A stretch of 64,000 nt of DNA from assembly GCA_040954595.2 (NCBI GenBank), contig CM082576.2:5955129-6019128 (forward strand), written 5' to 3'. Below the pieces are notes generated by a model that was given only the letters and a program-made list of their open reading frames with translations, ran no database searches and had not been told where the DNA came from. Source of the DNA: Balanoglossus misakiensis. Its lineage: Eukaryota > Animalia > Hemichordata. This document shows positions 18,501 to 32,781 of the stretch, one piece after another. The position numbers and the translations under genes are program-made. The first letter of the stretch is position 1, and every line of letters begins with the position of its first letter.

Positions 18501-21500
18501 AAACTGTGAAATTGGTCAGCGTTACTGATGATGACAATCCCACCAATTCGACCGGTTTATCTTTCACTATGACGCCGTTATCAGCCCCCTTTCAGATTGG
18601 CAATATCGATTATGATATACCGATTCCGGGTATTGCCGGTAAGCGCCGCTTACTTTTAATATTGCATCTATAATTATAACTGGAAACATGTTCATATTTT
18701 GGTAAAAAGCATGAATAATTTCATGACTGACAGAGAACGGAAAGTAGACCAATACATTTTCTCCTTGAGAGGATAAAATTACATCATGTCATTGTAAAAT
18801 GTTAAATCATTCATAATAAATTCTTACTACTGGTTAGCATATTACGTATATGCATGCATATGTAATCCCCGATACATGTACTTGATGTTTCTTTCAATTG
18901 ATCTCTCCAAACTGCAGTGGTGACGATCGAGAACATACCAAATCCAGGTTTGAACTACGAATCAGGCACGACCACGTGGGAATTGATCATTGAGGCTGAG
19001 GACATCGACTCACAAACATCGACTGCTACGCTGACCGTAAACGTACTCGACGAGAATGAACCCATGTACATTAGCAATCTGCCGGACACACAAGTCGTCG
19101 GTGAAATCATGAATGGGCAGATATTTGCCGTGGAAGTGATCGACGAAGACGTGAATGCTACAATTCTACCGACATTTACCATAACACCGCCTGTCGCATC
19201 ATTCGATATCGATGCTTTGGGTATGTTGCCGTATATTTGCATGCACACACTCTGCTTCACTATCTATTCCGCGAAAATGAAGATCGAAATTTTACGCGCG
19301 TGTCCACCATTGCATATTTTGTGTAATCTTCAGATTGGTGCTTTCCAACCCCTCAAATTGTAGGCATATTGCTCGTGTTTGACTTCAAAATACTAATACA
19401 CTGAACTCAATCTATTTGTTACAGGCAACGTCATTGTGGTATCGCCTGGTTTGGCTGGACTTGCTCCAGTCACTTATACTCTGACGATAATAGCAACAGA
19501 TTCTGGAGGATTTACCGACACGCAGAATCTCATGGTATCAGTAGTCAATACAAACAGTGGTCCAATCGTAATAAATCTCCCTGACACCGAGGATGTACCT
19601 GAAGACACAGCAGGCGGTACTCTGGTTTACACTCTCGTCCCGTTTGATATCGACGGCGACGCAGCAGTCTGCACGTTTGCGCCGAATCCAAACGACGGGA
19701 ATTTCGAATTCAATTCTACAAGTAAGTTTAAATGGAGGTGAAACGAAACGAATATCATTGACTTGGACCATAAGTTGTTACCAGTTGACACATTCTGCTA
19801 AAACAGACAGAGAAGGGTGCTCACACTGATAATCCAAATAAAACTAACGATTTATAATTTACTTGGATAATACAATGTTATATAAATTGTCTGTCACCTA
19901 TAGCGAACGAAATAACTCTTGTGGACCCGCCGTCCTTGGATCATGACATCACATCATCGTATGACGTCATTGTAATATGTAACGATGGGATGGTTGTGGG
20001 ACCAGCGGCCAGGTTGACTATCAACATTCTACCTGTGAACAAGCCTCCGCAGATACTAAACCTGCCTGCAACGGTAACGGTTCCAGAAGACGCCATCAAC
20101 GCTGCTGCTATCATGTCCATTGAAGGTTATGACGTCGACGGCGATGATCTGGACTTTACCATTTTGAGTGTTATGCCCTCTAGTGGTTATTCTAAGTTTA
20201 CTATTGCTGATGTGGGTGAGTTGTGCAGTATTTATTAGTATTTGTTGAAACTATACATTCTAAAGTTGGAATCTCGCGCATTTTGAAGGACTGCGACAAC
20301 TGTTTGGTAACCCACTTATTTTCAAGTATGTATTGACCGCAACGATTTCTAGCAGTCCAATGACGTATTTTTGTTACTTCATATGCAGTTATGTTCAACC
20401 AAATATGCGTGTTTTTTTAAACATCGTTGGGGTAATTTTCTCACCAGACTCCGACGAAGCGGATGTTAGTATTGTGAGCAATCCCAACTTTGACTATGAA
20501 GACATCAACCAGTACATCATCGTGGTGGAGGCAACCGATGGTGAATACACGGCTACCGGTACGCTGAACGTTGATATCGTCGACGTCAATGAACCACCGG
20601 AGTTTGTCATTAAACCTCAGACCCTATATATTGATGAGAACACCGTAAGTAAATTGTTTAAAGTGCGCATTTACAGTAATTTGTAGACTAGCCCACTAGT
20701 CGCGTGGTGATTTTTTTGTCTTATAAAGATTCCCAGTACTTTTCTTGTGTTTGCTTGCTATGAGCAAGTTTCTGGTACTGAGTTTCTGGTATATCTGCTT
20801 GGAACACATACTTATTAAGCATTTTTTTCATTCCGCAGCCCCTCAACACAGTTCTGTATTCAATAATCCTATCAGTGAATGACCCAGATGATGGCCCAGG
20901 TGACTTGACTTTTTTAATGGTACCGAGTGCCGAGGACGATCACTTCAAGATCAGTCTTACAAACCGGTTTAAGGTGAACACTCCCTTGGACTTCGAAAGC
21001 GACCCCACGACTTTCCAAGTTCAAGTATCAGTGACCGATTCTGCGAACAACATGGACTACCTGCCGATCAATGTCATCGTGGTCAACGTCAACGACGAGC
21101 CGCCCGTCTTCTCGGAAGATCCGTACGTTGGACAGGTCTTCGAGAACGAGCCCGGTGGAACGTCTGTCCTCACCGTCCTGGCCACAGACGTCGAAGGTGA
21201 CAACATCGTGTACGAGATCGACCCGTACAGCCCGTACGTCGAAGTCGACCGCACCACGGGAGAGGTTCGGCTGAAGCAACCGCTGGACCGACGGGCTCTC
21301 GGCTCGATGATCCAGGTGGCGGTGACGGCCACCGATGACGGCTCGCCGACCACGCTGCAGGATGTGTCCTACATCAACATCACCATCAAAGACGTCAACG
21401 ACAACGAGCCGGTACTGGCGCAGGAATTCTACAACTGGGAAGTCAGATACGACGCTGATATTGGCACCTACATCGACCGGGTTACAGCAACAGACAGGGA

Positions 21501-23343
21501 TTTTGGTAAGCAGTGCATGCGAATGATGTAGAATGACAACCCTTGTCGCGGTGTTTCTCATCAACACTCTAAAATGCCAGAATTTGAACGTTTTGCAAGG
21601 GTAGATTATCTGGTTTTCTGGTTTCTGAAAAATACTGGGATGCAGACAATCATTGCAGGTATTGTAATCCAGACTCATTTTCGTTCGCAGGAAACAACGG
21701 GGCATTTGAGTTTACTCTGTTATTGGACAACGTCTACTTCGGCATCGACACCATCGGGAAGGTCTCCGTCAGTGACGAATTAAAAGCTGAAACGGAGTAT
21801 CTCTTATATTGTCGGGCCGAAGATTCTGGCAATCCTTCTCAGACGTCAGAGTAAGTGTTGTTTCTCGTCGAAAATTTAAACATCATATCTTCACTTCGAT
21901 TGCCAAACAGATCTCGACAGGCAGCTGGCAGACGGGTTGCAGACAGACTGCAGGCGCACCGCTAATCTCAATTTATACCATGCATCTGGGGCATCAGACT
22001 CTTGTTCGTCAGATCTAATAATCTTGTAATCTTTCTCCCTTGCAGCATATCTGTCATCCGAGTGGATACCTTCATCCCGCAGTTGGTGCTTGTGAACGTC
22101 CACCTCGGGATTACAGTCAACGATTTCACCAACGCCAAGAGAACCGCCCTCCTGAACACGCTGAATAGTCTCTTCCCGCCATGGCAGTTCAGGATCTCGG
22201 CCGTCCAATCAGAAGACGTCACGTCAAGGAGACGACTGCTTCAGGCAAGGTACGTCATCACGTGGTGAAATCACCTTCACTGAGACATGGAAGTTTGCCT
22301 TCTAATTGAATGTTAACATTTAACCGAAAAATATGTCCGAAAAATTTAGCAGAAGTGTGCGAAGACTAAACTGGCTTCACGTGTTTTAACTGTAGCAATG
22401 CAGTCTTGGAAATGTACGCCCTGCAGGACGACACGACCGATGATATCGACAACGTGAAACTACACAAGATGTTTGTCCATGCAAGCACTCTGGTGACCGC
22501 CATGACCATAGATGACGTTGGCACGCCCTCTGCTGTCCTGGCGGGCACGGACATCGTCCTGGTTGAACCCACCTACCCGGTGGAGATCGTGGTCAACGAC
22601 ATCAACTGGTGGCTGGACACGCTGGAAGGGAACATCACCCTCGGGATCCTGAGCTTCCTCGCTTTCCTCTTGCTCCTGATACCGTTGATCATCTGCTGCT
22701 GGAAGTGTTGCTGCTGTGGGCGGGGACTGTCCGGGTTCTGCGCCAGGTGCTGCAGTAATATGTGCAAGCGCAGAAACGTTGATCTGGAAGAGCGGCCGTA
22801 AGTATGCAAACTGGCTAATTCGAAATTGATATACAGCATAGACTAGAAGAAAATACACGTAGGGTTTTCATCTTTCAATTGACTTCTTTAAAATGCGTTT
22901 ATATGTCCGACAGGGCCGACTATGAAATGCGGAAAAAGGCGCCGGAACCGGTTATTGAAAAAAAGAAGATGGATACATCCGATGTACCTGAACCCATCGA
23001 AATGGGCCCCAAAAGGCCCATACCAAGAGTTGACGACGGTGTTCCCCCAAGCAGCGTTGGAAAGTTCGACTTCAGATACGCAGGACGCCCCCACCCGGGA
23101 GGTCCACAGACCCTGAAAGTCAAAGATCAACCGACGCTCATTCTGACACCTTCATCCCCCGTGGCAAAGACGGCTGACCCAAGTTTAAGGAACGCGAAGA
23201 CGACACCAATACTGCAAAGGAGGGGTGGAAGGGTGTCTCCGGTGGTGGCCGGCAGTAATGATAACGTAGGTAACAATATTGATGATGAAAACAGATTCGA
23301 CGGGTCTGCACACGATAACGGTATGTCACGCTCTTCCCTGTAG
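15574..23343 (+). CDS. Cadherin-related single-pass membrane protein, paralog 3 (~1192 aa)
   Basis: 12 exons: 15574-15625 (MIGYLIIVLLATRLADA, absent from the ORF track and homologous to RLADT of paralog 2), 17815-17997, 18267-18638, 18918-19220, 19425-19721, 19904-20215, 20448-20644, 20839-21505, 21691-21850, 22046-22249, 22396-22797, 22914-23343. Total 3579 nt in frame. Most internal exon sizes equal those of paralog 2. Confidence 0.9.
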
Positions 23344-25565
23344 TACTAATGCAATGCATATCCGTGTCGTGCAAGTTATTTGTGATGTCCGAATCATGAC
23401 CAAAAGATCCGACCAATGCTTCACTAAAAACAAGCCAAGACGTCATTGACATCAATTCATCATACAACCCGTAAGATGCATAACGATGTCCCTCCGCAAA
23501 CGCAGTAAAAGATCTCATTAACATCTATGCACCGTATTGCACTTGATGAAAATTAACGCGAACGCTCATTTGAATTTTGATGTGCCAACTAAAGTTTCTC
23601 TCCACAGGTAGTTTCTGGAAAACAAGTTTGAACTTAGTCGCTGTATTAATTGCAGATATTTGACGTGTAGAAAGCAACGCACGCCTTAAAGAATTCACAG
23701 ACTTGCCATTATACCATAGTCAAGATAGCGACACTGAAAGAGACGTTTACTTTCTGATCTGCGACAATCTCTCCGACATGCCCGTAGATCCATGGCCAGT
23801 ATATGAATACTAGTATTTCTTAACGTGGAGCGTAGACTCTGCAGGCAATGGTATACCATTAGGCCTACATGTAAAGCCCAGAGTGACTCGATTTTCACCA
23901 CTTTGTTTTTACATTGCAGTGACCGGACGAACGTATCAGTTCAATACCCAGAATGGGGAAAGAAAATGGGACATATCACCGAATACTCCTCGCCGTGGCC
24001 GGGGTGGTGTAGACCTGAATGTTTAAAGTTGGACATCACATGAGAAGCGGAAAAAAAACTTGACACTATGCTTATAGTCTGCGTAATGTAGCAAAGCCGG
24101 TCTCCGTATGTGATCGAAGACGAAGCATTAACATTGGTTAAAGCTGATCCAGACTCTGTAGGAACGCATCTTTTTTCGCACTCACTTTTGCTATCCAGAT
24201 GACTAAGTTATTTTAAACTTGGACACAGAGGTCAACTTGGACACGAGTGCATCAGTTGTGGTTGCATACCCTGCATGAAGTGCAACCTTTTTGTATAGAT
24301 ATATTTCCAGATTAAGTTTATGGAAACACTTACGAAGCAAATATTACTAATATCATCAAATATGTTAATTTGTCTCGTGTAACCCAATGTTTCTTCATTG
24401 ACAATGAGGCCAATTTGTCTCGACATCTATTTGTGTTGCAACCCAAGGTGTCACTTCTCCTGTATGTTTTGGATTGGTGTCACCGTTGTAAAATAGAAAT
24501 TCATTAAAATACGCTTAATTATCACAAGATTTATATTCTGGGGCATTAAGTTATAACAGATTATATTTTTACCTACTCGTGCCGTGTGGGGACTTACTCA
24601 ACCAATAGTTTGGTTATTGTAGTATACAGAAGAGAACTTATAGGAATACGCGTTTTCAATTTTTATCTTCATTTACAGAACGCGCATGTGTTATTTACTC
24701 CTACATAACAAGAGTGTTTACAATTTTCCGCCACTATGGATAAGTCATGACTGTTCTGGTGTCACGTGACATGCGTGCTGAGTCGGAACATGATCTATTT
24801 GATGGTCACGACACGGGTAGAGTAGTGTGCGACTGAACAGTGATACTTAAACTTACAAACTATACCAAAGATATTTTATAAAGTGTACTCAGACTGGAAA
24901 CACTAGGTCTTTTATTATGATGAAATGTCAGTTTTGCTTACTCTGAACGATATACTTTAATTTGCAACAGAACATAGTTTATCAACTTATAGTATTTAGT
25001 TATAAAAATATTTCAAAACGAAAATATCGCGAGACTTAGGAAACTTTTACTTAGTAACTGATGTTTCGATCGACCGTATACAATGTAGATGGAAAAGAAA
25101 AATGTCTTTGAAAAATTTGAATGAATATGTAACCAGGGTTTCGACTTTCGAGTTTTCATATTGAAATTTGCCGTTAATCGTTTTGCATTTATTGAAAAAT
25201 GTATTAATTAAACGCATGTGTCTATTTAAATCGTGTAATTCAACTTCATTTGTTCTTGTGTGTGTATGTGTGTATGTAATATTGTGTGTGGGGGGGGGGG
25301 TCAGCTACCTAGCAGCTTGTTTTCTGAGTAATCACGTTGGCCCTTTGAGTCGAAGCTGTCTAAGTTTCCGCACCACAGGCACAAGCGCAGCGCCCGCATC
25401 GATTGAGTGCTTCGTGTTTACCTGATCTCCGCCCACAATGCATTGCGTTCAAAATGGCCGCGCCCATAGAGTAAAGTGTTTTTACGTTCCTTGAACTTGC
25501 AATCGCCGAGAAAACATTGTACCACTTTTTCTAAGAAGGTGTAAGGGAAAACTAACTAAAACGCA

Positions 25566-26634
25566 ATGGCATTGGCACCAGGTTTGAGAAGGCTATACGC
25601 TTATTGTCGTTTCGATATGCGCCCGTGGTCAACACGGCCGTTCTCCGTAGTGACAAGTCGCAATGTGTCAACAGTACTGGCATCTGAAAAACACTGCAAA
25701 AATAAAAATGACTCTCCCAAGAAAATGCGATGTGGCTGTGGGACATTGTTAGGTCGCCATACAACCATAGACGTGACAACTCATCACGTCCGCCAAATGC
25801 ACCCTGGAAACCCTAGAGGAGAAACTGTGATGAATGTGTTCGACAGGAAAACCAAACGACAACAGAGAGACAGATCGGCTATGTTGGAGGATGGACACGT
25901 TTATGATTATCTTAAAGACGAGGTAGGATGATGTTTACAATAGGAACTCGGTCGGAACGTTTACAGTAACACGATGGCAGCTGTGCATATTAATGAAACA
26001 TGCAAAACCAATCGAGAACACCCATAAGGCTATGATGCGCGAAATATATGAACCGATGATAGGCAGATGAGTGTGTTGTTGTTGTTGTTGTTCTTCTTCT
26101 TCTTCTTCTTCTTCTTCTTTTGGGCTGAGTTCGATTCAACTGAGTTGTCTGCGAATTCTGTCATGCCTGTTCAGTGTTGCAATGGGAAGTGAGTTATCTT
26201 TGTGATTATTATTCACTCCGCCCCTCCCCCATTGTTATTGTATGTTATTGTTGTGCATTAATTGTTATTCATTTCTGTGATTTTTTTGTCTTATTAATTC
26301 AGGTGGCGTTCAGGATAACTGACAGGCTTAGAGATATTGCAAGGTTTGTCCCTCGTTTGTAATACAAATGCAATGTCATCAAATCATCAACTTGGATCAC
26401 AGGAAATAAACCTGCAAGAATTAATTGTTAGTCTGACTGACATATTTTTGTGTTCTCTTTCAGGAAATTCAACATTGCACTTGATATTGGCTGTGGGAAA
26501 GGTCATATAGCAAAATGTATATATAGTGTGAGTCCTTAACGTTTTGTCTGCAAGAAATGTACATCTAAATGCAGATGTTACAAATGCAATTCATTCATAT
26601 TATTACAGAAACTCGAGTACTAATATAACTGTTG

Positions 26635-26681
<47 letters not shown>

Positions 26682-28573
26682 TATCATCATCATCATCATT
26701 TAAAGCCTAACAATTATTTCTTTATTTATTTCCACAGGACATGGTGAATACATTGTATCAATGTGACATTTCAGAAAAGATGCTGGTTTGTTGTTTTCTT
26801 GTTATTGATAAAAGAACTTTAATGCATTTCATGTAGGGAGTATGTCTGAATTTCAGCAACAGTGGATGAAAAATCCAATCATGATGGGATTGTTAACTGT
26901 CTCCATTTGTTTCAGGAGGTTAGTAGTTCCTCAGAGGAAGTTCCTACATGCAGGGTTCTGTGTGACGAAGAATTCTTGCCTTTCAAGGAGGATTCCTTGG
27001 ATTTAGTCATTAGCAGTCTAAAGTAAGGTCATCATGAAATTATATTTATAATTCTCCAATCTGCCTCAGTCAGACTAACCTAACCTCCAGCAAAATCAAG
27101 TCCACCAAAATCGCAAATACACGCATTACAGCTTACATCCAATTTCTTGTACATTTTCAGTTTACACTGGGTGAATGATCTTCCAGGAGCACTGAGACAG
27201 GTCAGAGTATTACATGGTATATTTCTTTTGTAAAAGATTAATTTCAGTGTTTATTCAACTTAAAAGAATTCTAGTGCTGTGATATCATTTAAACATATTG
27301 ACTGCATGTAAAGGTCCCATCTAGCATCTAACAATGCGCACTCTCAATGTTACAGATTCAGTTTTCCCTGAAGAAGGACGCTCCCTTTATTGGTGCTATG
27401 TTCGGGGGTGATACTCTCTTTGAATTGAGATCATCCTTACAGTTAGCCGAGACAGAGAGAGAAGGGGTAAGCATTTACTTGCATTTCAGCTGTTTCAGCT
27501 GTTTTAATGCGTTTTCCAACTTTTGGGCGCCATAATTTCATTTATCATATATCGTTCTTTCAGGGATTTGCACCACATATTTCACCATTCACTGATGTCA
27601 GGGATATTGGTAATCTTTTGACAAGGGCTGGTTTTACTTTGCTGACTGTGGTAAGTTTGCTTCTGTTGGTTTATGCCGGAAAAATAATCCCCGTTATCCT
27701 AATTGTGAATCAAAGTGTGTGTGTGACACACCGGCAAAAATTGGAAGGAAATTATACAGCAGCAATTGGTGTACCTATCACCTGTTTTGCTATTTGATAC
27801 ATAATTCTAGAATGACTGATCGACATGCAGCAAAGATACATTATTTCACTTCCTCAAAAAGTCTCGGTTCTCTTTCAGGACATTGATGAGATCACCGTCA
27901 ATTACCCGACCATGTTTGAAGTCATGTTTGACCTGAAGGGCATGGCCGAGAACAATGCATCATGGTCCAGAAAGCAGATACTGCACAGGGACACAACGAT
28001 GGCTGCTGCAGCTATATACAAAGGTGAAAGTTTATAGACATGGTCCCAGAAATTTTGGTTGACATTCCCTTCATTGCTTCTTGGTTACGGGAAATCACAT
28101 AAACCATTAATCATTTATTGTTGATGTTGCAGATATGTACGGAAATGAGGACGGTTCTGTGCCAGCCACTTTTCAAATCTTGTACATGATTGGCTGGAAA
28201 CCAGATCCATCTCAAGTAAGTAGTGGGACAGTTCATCTGATGTTTCAAGCATAATGGTTTGTTTTGATCATTGTAAACAGAGAAAATACTAGTACTTCAT
28301 TCTCGTCTATCAGTAACTGGAACGGTGAAATTGTTCAGCGTTCTAAGAATGTGTATAGCATTTTGTTCAGTTGTTGATGTTTTGATCAACTGTAGAACCA
28401 GAAGATTTTCTGTCTGGCCTCACGCGTGAAAGAGAAATTAATTTCTAAAATCATCTGTGTGTTCTTTGCAGGCACAGCCAGCTAAAAGAGGATCAGCCAC
28501 TGTGTCCCTGAAAGATCTGGAAAATCTGAGTACACTTAGAACAGAATTTGAAAAGGGAGATGGGAAGAAGTAG
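25566..28573 (+). CDS. NDUFAF5: NADH:ubiquinone oxidoreductase complex assembly factor 5 (SAM-fold arginine hydroxylase, mitochondrial), ~394 aa
   Basis: Exons 25566-25922, 26303-26343, 26464-26527, 26738-26785, 26916-27022, 27161-27200, 27356-27466, 27564-27650, 27879-28023, 28133-28215, 28472-28573. Motifs [110 protein letters not shown]. Arg-rich mitochondrial-type presequence. Confidence 0.95.
26075..26119. repeat. Compound trinucleotide microsatellite (GTT)n(CTT)n in NDUFAF5 intron 1
   Basis: Directly visible. Confidence 0.9.
26635..26699. repeat. (CAT)n microsatellite in NDUFAF5 intron 3
   Basis: Directly visible. It generates the spurious poly-His ORF. Confidence 0.95.
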
Positions 28574-30429
28574 TGAACTGTATTGTAGATTACAAATTAC
28601 TTGCAACATATTTCTTCCCAAAACATGCTCTACGACAGTTTAACTTACAGGCATAGATGAAACAATAAAAAAGCCCCATTTGAATGGCATATGAATAGAA
28701 TCTTTCACTACCGAAGAAATTTTTATATTGGCTAATGATGTCTTTACTGTGTGAAAAATAAAATATTGTATAGCAGAATATCTTCTTGTGCTGAGATTCA
28801 TTTGTCCTTGACATTGTCTCATGACCACAAGTCACTATGACCTTTCCAGTTTGTCCTTGAACCTGAATGTGATAATTCATCTGCTTACACGCCAAATACA
28901 TATAGGGCGGCATGATCACTTTGGGGCGCTGTTTTGAAGTATATCTGAAACACAATGTACGGGGGAATTACCACTACTGATGTACATGTATATACAATGG
29001 GAGCTAGATAGCGTACTAAAACTTCATAGGGTCATTTCAGACACCACAACACACGGCCGTGACAAAACGAAAGTAACTTCCACAGCTCAACATGAAATGA
29101 CTATCGACTGAAATTGATACTAGCGATCAAATTTCCAATTTCCAAACTTTTGAAGCTCTTTTTTGAAGAAGAAACATCCTTTGTGGAAATGTGCGACACC
29201 TATTTTAAGAATTCGAGCAAAAAGGCGATACATTTTTCTTTCAAATCGTCTCAGATATCCCTGGAATGATGAGTCATGTTTTCAATCATCGAATTTGAAA
29301 CAAGTTTTCCGCTAGGATTTTAATATCTCAGCTCGTAGAAATCATTTACGACACGTATCACGTGATGAAGTACAAATGTACTGGAAAAGCCGATGCCGAA
29401 ACTATTGTTGATGAACTGTACAAAGCACCGCTTTGCATGTCTACATTTTTCTGAGAAATGCCGCACTTCCTAGTCTGTGGAGATCAACTGGAAGTGGGTG
29501 CTGTATGGATATCCACTTTCTCTGTGAATTTTCCATACACACAGCATCCCTCCACGACTTCGAGGTATTAAATGTAGAAGTCAAAATGACACGATTTCGT
29601 GGCAGTTCTTGTGAGTATAAAAGTGGAGCACGTTCACTGAACAACATCGTCCCCGTGGGAATCTTTTGTCAAATCAATTGTCCACTTCGATCCCCATGGT
29701 AATCAACTAACAGTAACGAATGGATTATTCCTTTTCTCGTGATTATATGGTAACGGCTTCTACGGTGGGTTTGCAATTATTGTATAGTTGTATGAATGAG
29801 ACTCAGTTCTATTCCCTGCAGTCGTATGTCTATTGGAAGTAGCCGACAATTGCAAGGGTAGTAAGGCGTTACGATCGAATGCTGAATCCTCCCTCTATTC
29901 TACGATGATGTCGTTCTTGACGCCTATGCAATTTCTCTTATCGACACACCTTATTACGCGGTACTTGCATCGATTGGGTCTTTGAGCATTGGTGTACAAA
30001 TTGCCTCCCATAGCTCAGTGTAACATCGCCGTCCATATAGGCCTAACTAAGTTCCGAGTCACTGACTGTATTGGGTCGCGCGTTAAGCTTCTCGTGCCTT
30101 TCACTTCAAGCGCTAAATCGTGTCGCTAGAAACATAATTTGTGATATTCAACGGAGAAAAAAATCAAACGTAACCAAACGTAAAATTTTATCCGAGTTTG
30201 ATATTCTGCTATATACACTATGACAAGATCATTGATCTGATCGAATCAATCAATCAATCAATCAAGTCAGGCTCGTTCGTCCCCCGCATCTCAAGTCTAC
30301 CCGAGCCACCTTCCAGAGTTGAAATTTAAGGCCATGCATGCGTGAAGAAATGAAAGGCACAGCGATGCTCTTCTTCGGTGATTGGTTGGTGCCACGAGAC
30401 GTTAGATCCTGTCCCTGGATGATAATGAC

Positions 30430-31459
30430 TTATATATGCGTGTAATGGAATGGCGCTAGACATCCATGTCGTCTGGTCCCCGCGAGACTAGCAAGGCCAT
30501 TACCTGGAAATATTCAGCCTCATACCCAAATTTTAGATGCACTCACGATGAAATGAATTCAGATAAAATGTGAACATCATTTCCGTCAGGGGTTGACTTT
30601 TATATAAAGATATAATGCAGATTCTGCAATGCGGTATTGGGTATGTACTTTCATCTACACACAGGCCAGGAATGTTCCACCTTTCCATTACCTTGATTTG
30701 TGCTTGTGACAACACCAGGGGATCTCTGTTCAGACAGATACTCTTCCTTAGACGTTCTTGACAACAGGTTGTCGTCTGCTAAATCATTTTTATCTGACAC
30801 GATGTTCAACTTCTTCATGATGTCTGTCATCTCTGCTTTTAACAGAGACAGGTGGGCACAACAATGATGTTACCCGTGGGACAATAGACGCCAGCTGTCA
30901 AGAAACGATGTGATGTGAGTTCTGCATAATACATGCAACACGGTGACGGCGCTTTGCATCTGAAAGGGCATTCGAAATGTCTCGCTCCCGCTGCCGTCTA
31001 CGAAAAGTGCCACCTTGGTTTGCGCGGGAACGTTGACAGGTATTCCCGAGGTGCCGATACACGCGCTTTGATGCAACGCCGCGTTGGATTGCCTACTAGT
31101 GATTTTACATAACATCCACTACTTATTTGGAAAGCGCTAAAAGAATGAAACGCCAACTGAGAATTGGCTTCACAGATCGAGCACTTGTGTATTCAGAAAA
31201 TTAAGACAGCATTATGGACTTGTTGCTTTCTCTTGGTAGTCTTACGAATCTAGGCATATACTTGAGAGCCTCGGGGAAAGTAAATGTTTACTTGCCACCC
31301 AACCACAGTGTTTTTCAGATTGAGATGAGTCAGGGCATTCGATTGCAATTTCCTTTCCCCTTTGAGATCCTTATCGCAACAGACTACAATCGATCGGGAA
31401 ATCTTGACGTTCGATTCGTCGACACTAATGTCTAGCGACTCGCCGACGTATCCTAACAT
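30430..31459 (-). pseudogene. Possible degenerate spliced gene (three phase-compatible exons with one internal stop)
   Basis: Candidate exons 31459-31292, 30959-30692 (one in-frame TAA at 30872-30870) and 30503-30430, with AG/GT boundaries. No recognisable domain. Confidence 0.2.
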
Positions 31460-32781
31460 CTATGGACAAGAATCCTTCAGCGCTATTATAACTTTTCTCG
31501 ACTTTCTGTCGCGTCCCATGAGATGTTAACCCCAGAATTCAGAATTAAACGATTCCCAACCATAAGTCCCCGGGGGCTGCGCGGGTAACCCAATCATGAA
31601 ATTGTGAACGTGAACCCCAAATGAGCCGGCCAAATTATTTTCCCGTCTTTCGCAAATGGCAGGAACTCTTGAACTTTACCCGACGGCCCACAACCACGCA
31701 ACGAGCGACCCACGTGGGCGATAATTACGGCAGATATGAAACGGAATCTCGCCTATCCTGGGAACATATATCGCAAATTGGCCTTTGACTGATTGTCCCA
31801 AAATGTTCTGCAGTTGCAATTTTGCTTTCAGTGGACAAGTTGACTTCTTCGGTAACAGCAGACAGCATGCAAGCGATGTAATACGAAAATTAATAGTGCT
31901 TCTCATTATCAACTCGTGCGCACGGAAATTACTAGCTCACTCCTTCAAACCAAGGTGTCGTTTGTTTTCTGCTTTAATCTTGTCACGTGACTGTAAGATT
32001 TCGTCTTATCGTATCACGAACAAGAAAAACGAGAAACGTCTTAACGCTATAATGAAGTTGAGATACATAGATATCATTTCGACTGATCTAACCCGATGAC
32101 CGTAAAACATATGTCACCGGTGATACGCCTATTACCAACACGAAGAACGATATAGTTTTGAATGATATAGGTACTTTATTGTATATTGGATATCCAAGGG
32201 AACTCGATAGGCTCGCCGTGTTGAGAGTAATAACGATCCATCATGTGCCACAAACTATCCCGCAGAAATGTAGATTGCCAAGAGGTGACGATGCGCATGC
32301 TCATTAGTTGTTGATGAAGTCTGAACGAGGTATGCTGTTAATTTGTCAGTGAGTGCCCGATTCGTCAAATTCTTGATGGTGTGTTTGAGCATGTGCTGTA
32401 AACTTCTTGCGACACATAATTATGTATTTGTGTGGTGTGTTTTTTTGCGTTTTCTGATCGTACTGTTGTTCGTCCCTGTAAATGCAAGCGTTTAAGATCT
32501 AATGTTACTAGAAGAATTATATAATATGAACTATACAACCTAGAGATAATAAACTATTTATACGATTTTGGAATGAACTTTTCGTCGCGGTTGGAGTAGA
32601 CATGTGTGATACGCATTGCGATATATACTTCGTGTCCATGGCCCATGATATTTTTATGTCTTCCGATCTGATTGGCATCTTGCACCATGGTAAAACAAAG
32701 TAACTTTAAGTTTGTCCAATTAAAATTTTCTTTACAGAGCCGAACAAGACGGCCGCAACGCAGAGGCCCATTGGTCGATTT

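Noticed and set aside
21028-21705. 225-aa antisense ORF (and similar ones at 10507-10863 and 22460-22858)
   Set aside because: Shadow ORFs caused by high GC3 in the sense cadherin exons.
26544-26747. Poly-histidine ORF
   Set aside because: (CAT)n microsatellite within an NDUFAF5 intron.
30840-30958. Minus-strand frame CKAPSPCC...VPTCLC* resembling a cystine-knot C-terminus
   Set aside because: I found no phase-compatible upstream exon and the Cys spacing is not convincing.
32350-32476. Possible extra exon or stop read-through for the secreted gene
   Set aside because: It lies after the TAG at 32784-32782, there is no read-through context, and it is most simply 3' UTR.
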